From Octopus vulgaris (Eukaryota): a DNA stretch of 64,000 bases. Location: contig OX597819.1 in assembly GCA_951406725.2 (NCBI GenBank), forward strand, positions 744,001 to 808,000, written 5' to 3'. The notes beneath the pieces were generated by a model. It ran no database searches and was not told the DNA's origin. It worked only from the letters and a program-made list of their open reading frames with translations. Below, piece by piece: positions 1-13,500 of the stretch (position 1 is its first letter; every line of letters starts with the position of its first letter). The position numbers were made by a program, and so were the translations under genes.

Positions 1-460
1 CAGTTGGAATTGAAACATCAAACCTTGCTGTTAACTCACATGTAGTTTGAGATGTATCCACTTCCACTACAGTTTCCAGCTCATCATTATCCACCTTGGT
101 CTCAAGTCTACCATGGAGCTGATTTTCAAGAGTAAGGTCACCAGACTGGAACTTCTCACACCATTGACGTACAGTGCATTCATTCACCACATCTTCACCA
201 AACATCTCATTGATATTTCAAGCTGTCTAGGGAACTTATTCATAAACAACATGAATTTTTGATCTATCCAAGGGTTCATAAAAATATACTTACAAGAGCA
301 AACTCACAATATAATCAGACACCATGAATTGCATTTCAAAAAGTGATGATGTAATTCTTCAATGTTGTAAAACAAAGAACTGTCAGGATAAAACAGAGTT
401 AACAACTGTCAAACTTCATGCCTAAGAAAATTGGACACTTCATTCTTAATGACCTGATAT
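1..460 (-). mobile_element. Mariner transposon 5' fragment, degraded, truncated by window edge
   Basis: Minus strand of 1-150 reads FQSGDLTLENQLHGRLETKVDNDELETVVEVDTSQTTCELTARFDVSIPT, a mariner HTH/linker region; TIR-like end near 447-460. Confidence 0.8.
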
Positions 461-904
461 GAGGCTTATGAAACTGTATTACATGTATCTATCAATAGTT
501 TTCCACCTCATTTGCATGGCATCCTTCAAATCTGTGTCTTCCAAACTTCCATCACTTTAATTATATAAACTATCACTGACACACCAAAAAGGGTAGTACC
601 ATTGAATTTAAAGTCCTTGGACTTTAAATGCACAAAACTACACCAATTCTGGTTTCTATGGCTGAGAAAAAAAGTTCCATATTTAATTGTTTCTTTTTGT
701 TAACTGTTTCTATATTTCCACTTCAATTTTTACCACACATACACACACACACACGTTTATAGGCTTAGGCATGACTGCATGATTAGAAGTTTGCTTCCTA
801 ACTACTGTAAGTCAATCAAAGCCTTGTGAGGTGGGTTTGGTAGATGGAAACTGAAAGAAGCCTGTTGGGAGTGTGTGTATGTATATATATATATATATAT
901 GGTA

Positions 905-1358
905 CTAGCAATGACTACAACTACAATGCATGGATGCTATTTACATGGCACCAGCACTGACCATGACTACGACGATTCATGGGTACCCTTTACATGAAAC
1001 TGGCAACAACCACAACTATGACTCATGATTACATGGCACAATCAATGACCATGACTATGATTCATGGGTGCCATTTATATGGCACTGTCAAAGACCAGAA
1101 CAATTCATGGGAGCCATTTACATAGTTGTGAATCAAAGTTGTGGCTGTTGCTGGTGTCACATAAATGGCACCCATGCTGGTGGCACATAAAAGCATCCAT
1201 TACACTCCTAGAGTGGGTGGCGTTAGGAAAGACATCCAGCCATAGAAACCATGCCAAATCAGATTGGAACGTGGTGCAGCTCTCTGGCTTATTAGCTCCA
1301 GTCAAACCGTCTAACCCATGCCAGTATGGAGAGTGGACATTAAATGATGATGATGATA
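905..1358 (+). mobile_element. RTE LINE 3' end with (GAT)n tail plus adjacent ~50-bp degenerate repeats
   Basis: GGCGTTAGGAAAGACATCCAGC...CATGCCAGTATGG...TAAATGATGATGAT matches the 3' end of the RTE copy at 31081-32409. Confidence 0.7.
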
Positions 1359-1384
1359 TATATATACACACACATGCAAACATG

Positions 1385-1428
<44 letters not shown>

Positions 1429-1438
1429 TGCAAATATG

Positions 1439-1469
<31 letters not shown>

Positions 1470-1894
1470 GAATGCATGTGTGAGTGTGTGTGTTTGTGTC
1501 TGCTAGTCTTGTAAGATAGCTAACAGCTAACCATGGATACAAGTAATACAATATTACTCAAAAGTTCCACATTTTACTTGGTAGCAAATGCAGTTTGTGT
1601 GCAAAAACAGATTAGCATTGCAGTAGTGGTGACAGACTCATGAAACACTGGGTGAATTTTTTAAATAAAGTTCATTAAAATCAATCCATAAGTGTTTATT
1701 TATATCATTCTAACACAATGTTAAGAATTTAGTGAAAGTATTTAAAGGAAAGTGTTTACATTCTGTATTATGTCTTAATATCCTTACTTAGGGAAGGCTG
1801 ATGGCAGTATTTCCATATGTTCACAAGTAAATTTTTAAAAAATCATTTCTAAACAATAAAATGCAAAGGTCCATAATATATACAAGAAAAAGCA

Positions 1895-2275
1895 ATGAGC
1901 TGATAGAATCATTAGCAAGTCTGACAAAAAGGCTTAGTGGTATTTCTTCTGGCTCTTTATGTTCTAGGTTCAAATTCTGCTAAAGTTGACTACCTTTCAT
2001 CATCATCTAATGTTCATTTTCCATACTGGCATGGGTTGGATGGTTTAACATTGAGCTGGCCAGCTAGGGAGCTGTCCAGACTCCAGTTGTCTGTTGTGGC
2101 ATGGTTTCTATGGCTGAATGCCCTTCCTAATGCCACTTTACAGAATGTGCTGGGTGCTTTGAACACAGCTGATCACCCAGCTTTGATAAAATAAGTACCA
2201 GCTGAATATTGGGGCTGATGTAATTGACTTATCCTCCCTTAAAATTGCTAGCCAGCTGCCAAAATTTGAAACCAT
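1895..2275 (+). mobile_element. Nin/Deu-domain tRNA-derived SINE interrupted by an antisense RTE 3' fragment (about 1997-2160)
   Basis: GAGCTGATAGAATCATTAGC...GGTTCAAATTC...GTTGACTACCTTTCAT // GATAAAATAAGTACCAG...CCAAAATTTGAAACC; same family as 33196, 34470 and 54930. Confidence 0.7.
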
Positions 2276-3267
2276 ATTATACACAAGAGATGTTATAAGC
2301 AGAATTTCACATCCCTAAATTAGTGGTACACATTATACACAAGTATGTACTAAACACAAATACATATGCTAATTAGCAAGATTACTGTTTTCACCTATTT
2401 CAGACTGCTGTAGAGAATGTTGTTTAGCCCTGACTGAGCAAACCTATGATTAAAGGCACTCCAATCACAACAATTCCACCTTTTCTTTAAGAATAGTATG
2501 TCTAGGACTACGTTATCCAATGTGCCCTTTCTTATTTTAAAAGATAGAAGTTTCATGTTTTAAAAGTTTATATTGAAAGCATAGTTGATCAACTGTTTTT
2601 AGAATTTTTACCTAATGGATCACTGAACAATATTAAATCCTTTATTTACCTCAGTTTTTAATACTTTTGACACTAATAAGTGATTTCTTTCAAATTTCAT
2701 GAACTTTCCCCATTATGATACTATGAAAATGTTTTTCAGTTTTTAAGCAGATGTTTTCCTGATTCTAAAAATATGTACTGGAAATACTTTATAAAAACAT
2801 AAAAATGATGTATTATAAATCAAGGACAGATGACAATTTAAAATTTAAAAGTGAAATACAAAAATTGGAACAGCTAAATTACAATATATGGAATCTATAC
2901 ATTTTTATAATCATTTTACATCTCTTGTACTGAGGGACATTTCCTTTATGAGTTGTTGATTGGAAGTCTAAATGATTTTGACACTTTCAAATAGTACTGT
3001 TCCTGCAACTGTGTTGGGCAGTGTCAATGCTACCAAGAAAGTCCAGGTTCTTTCTTTTGGCCTATATTATCACCAATTTAAATTTAGCTGAGATAGGTAA
3101 AAATGAATAAAATTTCTGAAACCACCATAACTTGACCATAAAACAGTTAACAAAAACAAACTGGTACAGGTCAGAGTCTTAATAAAAAGGCAAGGTTCTT
3201 AATTACACTTAAATTTATGACTTAAAATCCACTCTGATATATTTAACACATATTAAATGAACAAATA

Positions 3268-3640
3268 GGTGCAGGAGTGGCTGTGTGGTAAGTAGCTTGC
3301 TTACCAACCACATGGTTCCGGGTTCATTCCCACTGTGTGGCACCTTGGGCAAGTGTCTCCAACTATAGCTTCGGGCTGACCAAAGCTTTGTGAGTGGATT
3401 TGGTAGATGGAAACTGAAAGAAGTCCATCGTATGTATGTGTGTGTGTGTGTGTGTCTGACCCCCAACATCGCTTGACAACCAATGCTGGTGTGTTTATGT
3501 CCCCGTCACTTAGCAGTTTGGCAAACGAGACCTATAGAATAAGTACTAGGCTTACAAAGAATAAGTCCTGGGGTCGATTTCTTCAACTAAAGGCGATGCT
3601 CCAGCATAGCCACAGTCAAATGACTGAAACAATTAAAGAG
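3268..3640 (+). mobile_element. tRNA-derived CORE-type SINE (Octopus OR-like), full length
   Basis: A/B-box head GGAGTGGCTGTGTGGTAAG...GGTTC, CORE-like ACCTTGGGCAAGTGTCT, internal (TG)n, tail ending GACTGAAACAA. Other full or partial copies near 761, 7675, 29142, 29600, 36460, 38980, 42505, 42825, 56985, 58370, 58945, 60315, 62030. Confidence 0.85.
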
Positions 3641-4577
3641 TAATTATATATTATAATTTTGAGTCACTTTAATATAATTAATATTCTTCAACAATTTATT
3701 ATTATTATTATTATTATTATAGCCTTTTGGAAAACTTAAATAGATATTTAGTTAACTATGTTATTAATAACTCTGACATATTTATATTTTACTATGTTAT
3801 TAACTGTAAATTGTGAGGAAATATATATTTTAAAAGGCTTGATATAAATGGAGAAGTTACTGTGGAATTCATTGTTTTTGATGTTGGTGGACTACATGTA
3901 AAGAATAGAATGTCATATTTAATGAGGAAATGAAACAGTTGAATACAAGGACAATTAAGTAGAGATGACACACAACTAATAAGTTCTGAAGAATTGAGTC
4001 CATTATAGAAGTGGTAAAAGAGAAAGGATATAAAGGGTCAGGAATTGGAGAGATTTACTAATTTACTCATCTTAGAGGAATAAAAAACAACTGGTGTAAG
4101 CAAGATTTGAATCACAGAACTGTCAGTAATAACAACCCAAGAGATTTTACTTCTCTGCCAACTGAACCATGAATAATATAATTCAATATTTCAAATGTAA
4201 TAATTGTGTTCTAATAGAATTATATAGAATCAAGTCATTCATTCAAAAGGTTATAATTATGAAATGAAAAAAGATTTCTAAAAGTCTTTTTAATCTTTCC
4301 CAGGTAATGTATATCTACGACTAATAATTATGCAATGCAAATGACTCTGTACACCTTTAATTGCAGTGTGAAAATGGTTTATTTTAAATTTCTATGAATT
4401 ACTAGCTGTTACATTATTACTATTAATTACTAGTGGTTATTTCAAATGTGGGAATCAGAAGAAATTGCCTGAAACAACTTAAAACCATTAACTTCCATAA
4501 ATTTTAAAGTAACTATAAATTTTAAACAGGTGCAGAAGAAAGAACAAATAATTCTAGGGTAGTAATATTAACACCAG

Positions 4578-5810
4578 TATGAGGGTTAGCTGAAAAGTTC
4601 AAGGGGTAACCAAGATAATCTCATGAAATGTGATCAAATGAGGTTTATTTTTCAACACAGTTCTTCTTACGGTCCACACACTTCTTCCAGTGGTATTGTA
4701 GTGTTTGGATTCCATTGGTGAAGAAGCTTTTGTACTGTTGGTCAAAAAAAGTCACTAACAGCAGATATGATGCCATTACCACTGTGACACTGGTTCCTAG
4801 CTAAGTGTTTTTTAATGTTGGGGAACAGATGATAGTCAGAAGGGACCAAATCAGGAGAATAAGGAGGGTGATCAACCAGTCCAATTCCACAGTCATGCAC
4901 AGTAGCCACTGAAACCAACACTTGTGTGCTGGAGCATTGTCCATGATGAAACAAGACACCTTTCATCAGTTTTCTTGGGCGTTTGGTCTTAATAACTTTT
5001 TGTAACTGCTTCAGCAAGTTGATATCGTATTCTCTCTTGATGGTGTGGCCCTTTTGAAGACAGTCAATACACACAATGCTTTTTTCATCCCCCAAAACGG
5101 AGACCATTACCTTTTTTGCAGATGAAATGACACTGGCCTTCTTTGAGGAGTGTTTCCACTGCATAGATTGTCTTTTCTCTGGCTCAAAGTGACGAACCCA
5201 ACACTAATCCTGCATTATAAGACATTCAAGGAAACCAGCTGGATCTGCCTCAAACAATGTCAGATTTTCCTGTGATGTGATCAGCCTGCTGTGCTTTTGA
5301 TTAGGTGTCAGAAGACATGGCACTCATTGAGCAGAATCCCTTGTCATTCTAAGCTCATGGGATATTCTAATAGCATTGGCTATTTGATTTATAGTCAACT
5401 GCCTGTCATCCATCACCATGTAGTGAACACAATCAGTGTTTTTCTCAGTGGTGGCAGTTGCAGGATGTCCAGATCTGGGGTCATCTTGAAGATTCTCACT
5501 TCCCTTTCTAAATTCAGTGGCCCATGTTTGCACTATTGACAAAACTGGAGCATCATCTCCTAATGTAGCAACCATAAATGTCATTGGAGGTTAAACCCTT
5601 TTTCTGCAGGTACACAACATGATGTTAAATTTTGTCCATCTTCAAGAGAAGTAGCTACCAGTTACTTTTGAAGTCTTCTTTGAACAGTCAGATGTCAGTT
5701 TACCTAGAAAGAAAGGCAGCAGTTGATTATAAGAAGAGCTGAAATTAATGCACAGCTCTAAGCAATACTCCTTCACAATCAGCCTATGAACATTTCAGTC
5801 CACCATTTAT
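4578..5810 (-). mobile_element. Mariner DNA transposon, near full length, pseudogenised transposase
   Basis: ORF fragments with DDPRSGHPATATT, SAKKVMVSV and DHPPYSPDLVPSDYHLFPNIKK (YSPDL motif); imperfect TIRs at both ends. Confidence 0.9.
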
Positions 5811-6424
5811 TAAGCAGCTAATTCCAAAGTGACTGTGACTGTTACTATGCCTGAAGCGGTACAAGAGGAGCATCAAATGGTTCTAAATTTTGATGCTAAT
5901 GTTTGTTTTTGCTCTGACACCCTGGCAAGACTAAAGAGAATTGAATGAAGAAGAGGAAGTAATGAAAGAGAAACAGAGCAAAATGGTGATATAAGAGAAT
6001 AATAAAAAGAACTAAAATGATAGGTGTGACGATGGAGGAGGTAGAGGAGAGGGAGAGAAAGATGGTTATTTATGGTGATTGAATAGACACAACTAGAAAG
6101 GAGGAGAGAGATTGAAGTGTAAATATTAAACTCATCAATGTGTGTTTGACACAGATTTGCTAAGGTAGCATGTAAGGGTGGTGAGAGTGAGAAAGAGCTG
6201 GATGCTGATAATTAACGGTACAGAAGGGAGAGAGTGACAGGCAGTAATAATGATGTGTAATGGTATGAGAGAAAAGGGAGGAGGTAATGTGTGAGAAAGA
6301 GAGGAAAGGGAGAGCGGGCATAAAACAAAGATGGTTGATGGCACATAAACTTCATGTGGACATGGCATACAGGCAAAATCCAAATATAGATATTTTACAA
6401 CTCAACCTCAAACGTCACCAACAT

Positions 6425-6835
6425 AATCACTTTTACATCTGCATTTCCATACATCTGTGGGTTGGGCAGGTTTTCTCCAGCGCAGCATTTCATCATGTGT
6501 TACATTTCTTTGTCATATCCTTTGTGAAGTTCAGTTTTTGAGATCAGTCTTTATACTTCCTCCCAGGTCTTCCTCAGTCATCTTCTTCCACAAGTTCCCT
6601 CTAGTTGGAGTACCCAGCATTTACTTTTCTATACAACAAACATCTGCCTCCTGACCGTATGCACTGGAACCTTCTCACCACATTTCTTTCCAGCCTTTGC
6701 ATATCTTCTGCATTCAAGACCCATGTCACACTATCATACAATATCACACTTTGTACACAAGCATCATATAATCTGTGCTTTAAGTCTGAAAGAGAAACCC
6801 TTTGTTATTAACTACTTCTAAGAAGCCTTTCAAGC
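6425..6835 (-). mobile_element. Degraded RTE LINE 3' fragment
   Basis: Minus strand encodes LYDACVQSVILYDSVTWVLNAEDM, homologous to the RTE C-terminus at 31081. Confidence 0.7.
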
Positions 6836-8199
6836 ATTTAAAAGAATTCATTTCACTTATAAATCTTACAGCTCACAATTCCTGTAGACCAGCAATAAAT
6901 GAAGCTTATCTTTGCTGTTAGCCTGCTTTTGATCCCATTACACCACTTGTGCATCTATTGTTTACATTATCACAAAGCACTGGCAAAGAAGCAAGATTTA
7001 GAATGATCAATATTATCTGAAACTGTTGCTAAAAGCAGAAGAATGATGATAGTGATTAAAGTGATAGTAAAAAATATCTTAAAATATTTAGTTTTGTTTC
7101 CAGTTGAAATCTGTTGAAGTTGACTTGATAAAATAACACCAATGGGGTCAAGTTAATTGACTGTAGCCTTCTCTGCAAATTGGCATATCAGTTTTCAACA
7201 TAAGACAAAACAAGAGAATTGAAGATCAATGAATATATATTCTTTTTCTTATTCCGAGAGATTGTAACCTAGAAGTTTTAGGGCAAATGACTCAGCACTT
7301 CTCTTTTGTCTGATATAAATCAAATGTTCTAATTACAGGCATAAATTATGTGCCATTTGATCTTAATCTAAGATCTAAGTAGCAGACACTATAAATTTGG
7401 TACTATAAAACTCTAGGTCCTTTTTCTCTTAGAAAGCTACTACCCAATTTAAGAGAAAAATAATATTCAAACACAGATGTTAAAAATAACAATACTTCAG
7501 AATTAGTTACTAATATTTGCCGTGGAGAAATTATACAAAAAGTTTTCATGCAACTATACCTCAGTTGTTCATTTTTACCTTTGTTTTTCCATGCAAACAG
7601 TGATTTTCAGCGATGTGTGAATGTAAATAAACACAAACACATACACACACATATAAATGTGTGTGTATGTGTATAATGGGCTTCTTTCAGTTTCTGTCTA
7701 CTAAATATCAAACCAACTCACAAGAATTTGGCCAGTCTGGGGCTAGAGTAGAAAGTACTTGCCCAAAGGGATGATTTTAATGTGGTCAAGGTTAAAGTAA
7801 TTTTGAAATAAGATAGACAATAAATCTAAAATGTACTCTATTTCTTTTTCTAAGTTACTTATAGGATAAATATAGCTGGACTTATGGGTAGCAAGTTAAC
7901 AATTGCAACAGCCCAGTTCGTATGATCAAGTTTTAATTTCAATTTAAATAAAGCCGATCATATCTATTTGTGTACATACTCTGTTATTTTAAGTAAAATT
8001 ACAACTTTGCAGATTTGTGAAAAGTAATTACTGTCATAGTATAAATTGAAAATAATAATTAATTTATAATTAAATGCTCAGAATTTCAAGCCTCTAATCT
8101 TCTTACAATATATTACTGCTTTAAAGGACGTCAATATCAATATCGCTTTTACATCTGCTTTTCTGGATGATATGTATGGTCAGAAGGATACAGAGACCT

Positions 8200-10250
8200 A
8201 TAACATTGAAAATAACTTGGAGTTTCCACAACACAACCTTTTGAAAGTGACAGAATCAGGTCCGGTTAGAACAATGTTCCAGCCACAGGAAAAGTAATGT
8301 GGTGGAATAGTACTGGAGATAGAACCATAAATGTCCAGAAAGAGTGGAAAAAAAGGTAGCAGCAAAGAATAGTGTCACGTGGCTAGAAGAGAAGCTAGGC
8401 ACTAAGACCAGAAAGCTGGAGGTTTGCCAATGTTCAATGACAAGAAGATCAGAAGTACAAGGTGTTCTGGATTGCAAAGCATTGAGTCAGGATAAATCAG
8501 GAACCTATCAGTGGAAATGCGTTTGAAATGACAGTAATGGTGCCGAAGCCTTCACTGATGTTGAAGAGAAAGAGGTTTGGAAATGTTATGAAGAGCAACT
8601 GCTTAGTATTGAAAATGGGTAGGAAGAAGAGAAACCACCGAAAGCATAACCAACAAATGGACCAGCTGCTAAAGTGGACAGTTGTATGAATAAAATGATT
8701 ATTAAAGATATATGGAGAAAACAGCAGATCCATCAGGTATAGTTGCCGAGATGCTGAAAATATCTGATGAAACAGGATTCAAGACAATTGCTTACATAGT
8801 CAAATAAGTAATATAGAGAAGTGTTATAAGCAATGACTGGCATAGTAAAATAATTAACAGTAGCTAGACAGATATTGGAGACACTCAAGAAATAAGCAAC
8901 TATGGAACTTTCAAACTGATAGATCTAGTTGTGAAAGTAACAGGAGTATTAGCACAATTGATTATAGAATCAATTTAAATGAGATATAGTTCAGATTACT
9001 ACTGATATGCTTTTCCAAGTAAGACAGTTGCAAAATGTTTTAAGAGTGAGCTTCTCTACCAAGCATTTGTTGATCTGAAGAAGACATTGACAGGGTACCA
9101 TGATCTGTAGTCTGGTAGCTTTTAAGAGAAATAGGTATAGATAAATGGCTTGTGAGAGCAGTGCAAATCATATAGAGACACAATCAACAAAAAAGAGAGT
9201 TGGCAAGGAATTGAATGAGGAATTTAGCATGCAGGTAGGTTTTCATTCTTCTATTATAATTCTCCAAGATATAATAAAGACATTCAATACTAGTAGTTCA
9301 CAAGAACTTTTTTATATGCTGATGACATCACAAGAACTTTTTTATATGCTGATGACAGTCTTTATAGTAAAGTCTGTAGAAGACTCAAAGAAGAAATTCC
9401 AGATGTGTAAAGAAAACATTGAATCAAAACAGTTTAGAAAAATCTTGGCGATGACTAAAATTTTAGCAAGTAGGGAAGAAGATTGCTGCCATCAAGGGAA
9501 TGACTTCTTTTTTTTATTGATATATAGAAAATGCATAGGCAAGAACTCTGTATAGTGTACCTGGTGCAAACTATGGGTGCAAGTGGTATAGTTCAATCAC
9601 AAGCAGGCTGCTAGTCAATAAAAATAATCAGCAGTCAGATCACCAATAAAAGGCTCCATAGAAGCAGCTGAGATACTGTTACCTAATCAGCTGTGGAGGA
9701 GGGTGCTCTGAAAGCATAGGAGCCAGACAGAATTAGAACAAAGTGGAAAAAGTCCATGGAACTATTTCCCTGCTGGCAAACAAGGGGATTCTCTCTTTGA
9801 GTTAAGGGTAGGCTGCACATTGCTAGTGATTGAAATGCGATGGTACATGGTAGTGAATGTGAGCACTGAATGGAAAGTGTTAGTGAAAGTTAAAGAGAAC
9901 TGAAACAAGCATGTTCTGTTGAATGTATAATGAATGATGTAGCACAGATAAACTGAGAGAAAAATTGGGATATAAGATGAATCAAGATGTAGTGTGCAAG
10001 ATGACTATGATGGTATAGACATAAAATGTGTGCAGATGATGACAGTTTGGTAAAGTATCAGGAGGTGCAAATGGAAGAAAATTGCTGAAGAGGAAGTTTA
10101 GGGAAGTCATAGGCAAAAATGGTAAAAACAAAGTTCAGAATGCTGAATATGACAGGAGATAACAAAGGAATGCAACAAGTGGTGAGACACTGTGTTGGAA
10201 AGGATCTTCTCGACCCATGAAAGCATGGAAAAGCAGGTGTAAATGATAAT
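8200..10250 (+). mobile_element. Old, heavily mutated RTE LINE
   Basis: Remnants of AFVDLKKT, EEFSMQVG, ELFYMLMT (decayed ELLYADD) and the RTE 3' end CCATGAAAGCATGGAAAAGCAGGTGTAAATGAT. Confidence 0.75.
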
Positions 10251-10383
10251 TCAAACCCTTTTAATCACCTCTTATGACACACGGGAATACAGTGTTCATA
10301 AAGATTAAACTTTGCAATAAGTTTCCAGTTTAAATTGTATTATATTGAACAGAAACAAATGAACAAAATGACTGGAATTGATT

Positions 10384-10562
10384 TAATCCTTTAGCATTTA
10401 AACTGGCCCAAATATTCTATCTGTTTTATGTTCAAACCTCCCACACCTTTCCTACAATATTCTAAAATAAACAACTGCATCATTAAAATTTTAAAGCTAT
10501 GAGATAATGTATGATTAATTCAAAACATTACATTTGGCAGAATATGCATACTAAAGAGTTAA
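10384..10562. mobile_element. piggyBac-like MITE
   Basis: Termini TTAATCCTTTAGCAT...TACTAAAGAGTTAA; related copy at 22478-22700 ends TGCTAAAGGGTTAA (TTAA target). Confidence 0.65.
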
Positions 10563-13500
10563 ATGACGATGATGATAAAGTGGATAGCTCTTACTTTATT
10601 TACCAATAAGAGTAGCTTTAAGATGTGTAATATATTAAAAGCATGTGCTGTTTCATATTTAGTAAATGACAGTATCTAAAATAGTCCAAAATTACAAAAT
10701 GGCTGTTCATGGTACGTTCAAAATTTGGAACCTTAATTTTCAATGCATCTTTGCCATGAATACCACTAATGGTGCTAGATAAAGATTGAAATCATTCATT
10801 GGAAAATTATAAAAGATTAGCAAAGTAAAAGGTAACTAAAGTGTTGAAATTTTGCAGTTCAAGAAACCAAAGTACTATAATTTTGTTCTTCTAGACGAAT
10901 TCTTCATTAGGTCTATACATGGAGCTAATGTAAGTAGACATGCAGTGAACATGCTCTTTTCAGAATGAATCCTAGCAATAACACAATCATAATTTGCATT
11001 GTAATTTTTAAACTCTGTAAAGTGCTTTTAAATGATACTGAAAAGAAAAACATAAAAGAATTGCAATGGACAATTTAGAAAATGAAACAATTGATAATAA
11101 TTTTGATATACTCAAGGTTAATGAATTTTGAAATGCTTCAAAGATTTGCATCAGAGACTTTCTCATGCAACAATTAGACCAGTAAAACTATGTACTAAAA
11201 TATTTATACTGAAAACCAAATAGTTATTAATTTCATTTTTTATTAAACCAAAATACTCAAGAGGTTAGGTTTAGAAAATCCACATAAAATATTGGCTTCA
11301 AATTTTGGCACAAAGCCAGAAATTTTGGGGATGGGTTAAGTTGATTTCATCAACCTCAGTGTTTAACTATTAATGCATTAATTACAATACTAAATTAAAC
11401 AATATTAAAAATCATTATATCTCAGATTACAAGAAAAACATAGGTGATAATCAAATATGTATTTTTAAGCAACAAAATTTTTTATGACTCTCAGCACTTC
11501 CACATGATCAAATATTCCATCAATTATTCCTTATTCTTATTATGAATCTTTAGCTTATTAGTCTAAAATTTGATTTACTAAATGACCCAGGATTTTAATA
11601 GTAACTATATAGTGTGTTAACATCATTGAGAAGTATATCTGTGTCCACAGCACATAGATCTATACAGCTGAACTCGTTGCAAAAAAATAAAAATGGTTTA
11701 AGCATCATCTCATAGTCTAAAACTGACATATTCACAGAATTAATCAATTTGTATCTTATGAAGCTGGAAGGCAACCGTAGAGAATATTTCCCCAAAATTT
11801 CACTAACAATTGAAAGGAACTCTCATTAATTAAAATCAATTGTTTTTTCATCTCTAAATTTCTCAGTCACATTAGTCCAGAACAAGGGAGTTGGCTGGCT
11901 AAAGTGTGTGGCAGAGAGAGACTTCAACCAAGACAAAGTTAAGGAATATAATCTCGTTCTAGCCTGGCGGTAGACACTGGGACACCAAAAGCATTAAATA
12001 AAAATGAAAAAGAAGCCCATGGTTGGGGCTCGGACTCCGCCGTGAAATCAATTCTACATTATTTATATATTATAAAATATAATTAGCTTGTATGCCATGA
12101 AGGAAGGCAGGACACTTTGAAACAAATAAGATAAAATAAACTGTATGTAGGAAGAGGACTATATTACTGGTCTTTGGAACGATAGAAATAGAAGAGTGCA
12201 TAGACTGAGCGAGAAAGGCCGAGCTGTCTCTTTCTGGGTATTCTCATTTCGAAATAGATATAGAACAGGGAGGGGCAGCTTTAGTCGGTGATGTCATAGC
12301 TGTAATTTTATTTTTCTGTCATTTAATAAATATATTGGAGTGAATGATATAATGCTGTTTGGCCATCTGAACGTTTATTGACCGCCTTCTTAAAAACAGA
12401 GGGCAGTGGATATGTCAAGGGTGGGGACCCTCAGTTTCAATAGTAGATTGTAATTGTTTTGCTTGCGCAATAAATATTAATATTCTATTACTTTGAATTT
12501 TACTATTTATTTTAATACCTCAAACAAAAAACAAATAAATGTGAAATATGATTTTTCATAACATCAAATTTATGGGATTATTTTATTATTTTGAATTATT
12601 AATATTTTGCTGCTTACTTTTTTGTAAATCATGTTATTTTTAGATAAATAAAACATGTTTTCAGGAAAGAAAACTATTACTAAATATATTGTTAATCATT
12701 ATGAATGAAAAAAATTAAGACGATTTATTAGATCTGCTAAGTGTTCTCGGCGATGTATTCAAACGAAAATAGTATTGTAGCTAAAAAAACTGTCAAAGAA
12801 TATGTTTATGGCAATACAATAATTTGAAGTTAAATGTTCTGCTTTGGATTAAGAATTGTGATAAATAACCCAAACCATTTTAATCATATTTAAAATACCA
12901 ATACAAAAGAGATCACCCGTACTTCTTTTCTTGGCAGTTAAGTGTATGAGAATATCTTAAAATGCACATTCATTCACAATGGAAATCATATGTTAAGTAA
13001 GGGTGTAACGATATGGTTTGCCATTGAGTCATAATAATCCCGGAGATCGAGCAAAAGAAAATATATCTGTTTTCTACATTACACACTAGCATTTATTATG
13101 AGTTAATAATTTAGTAAACAACCGAACACTGAAAATTAGTATTGAAAATCAATCTTATTTTAATCTATGCTCACCTAAAACAATTACAACACTCACAGCT
13201 ATTAATGTATGTTCACAGGACAGTCAGTGCTGTACTAACAGAATTTTGTTTCATTCCTACAAATGATATTATGCATTAAAAACAATCGGCAACCCAAAAT
13301 ACGTATTAATTAGGTCTAAAAGAAATATTAATTCTAAGTCGATCGCCTTCAGATCTCCCTTATTAAAACCATCAAATTCCAAACTCGTTCTAAAATGCCA
13401 CCTGCTTAAGTATTAGTGTACCGATTCGAAATAATCCACTGTACATTCTCTCCTACAAAATTGACATTACATCTACATCACGAAATGCAAAGATGAAATT

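Noticed and set aside
11595-11795. Possible exon 2 of FEZ/UNC-76
   Set aside because: No resemblance to the expected WW-x-x-T-x-N-F-G-N continuation.
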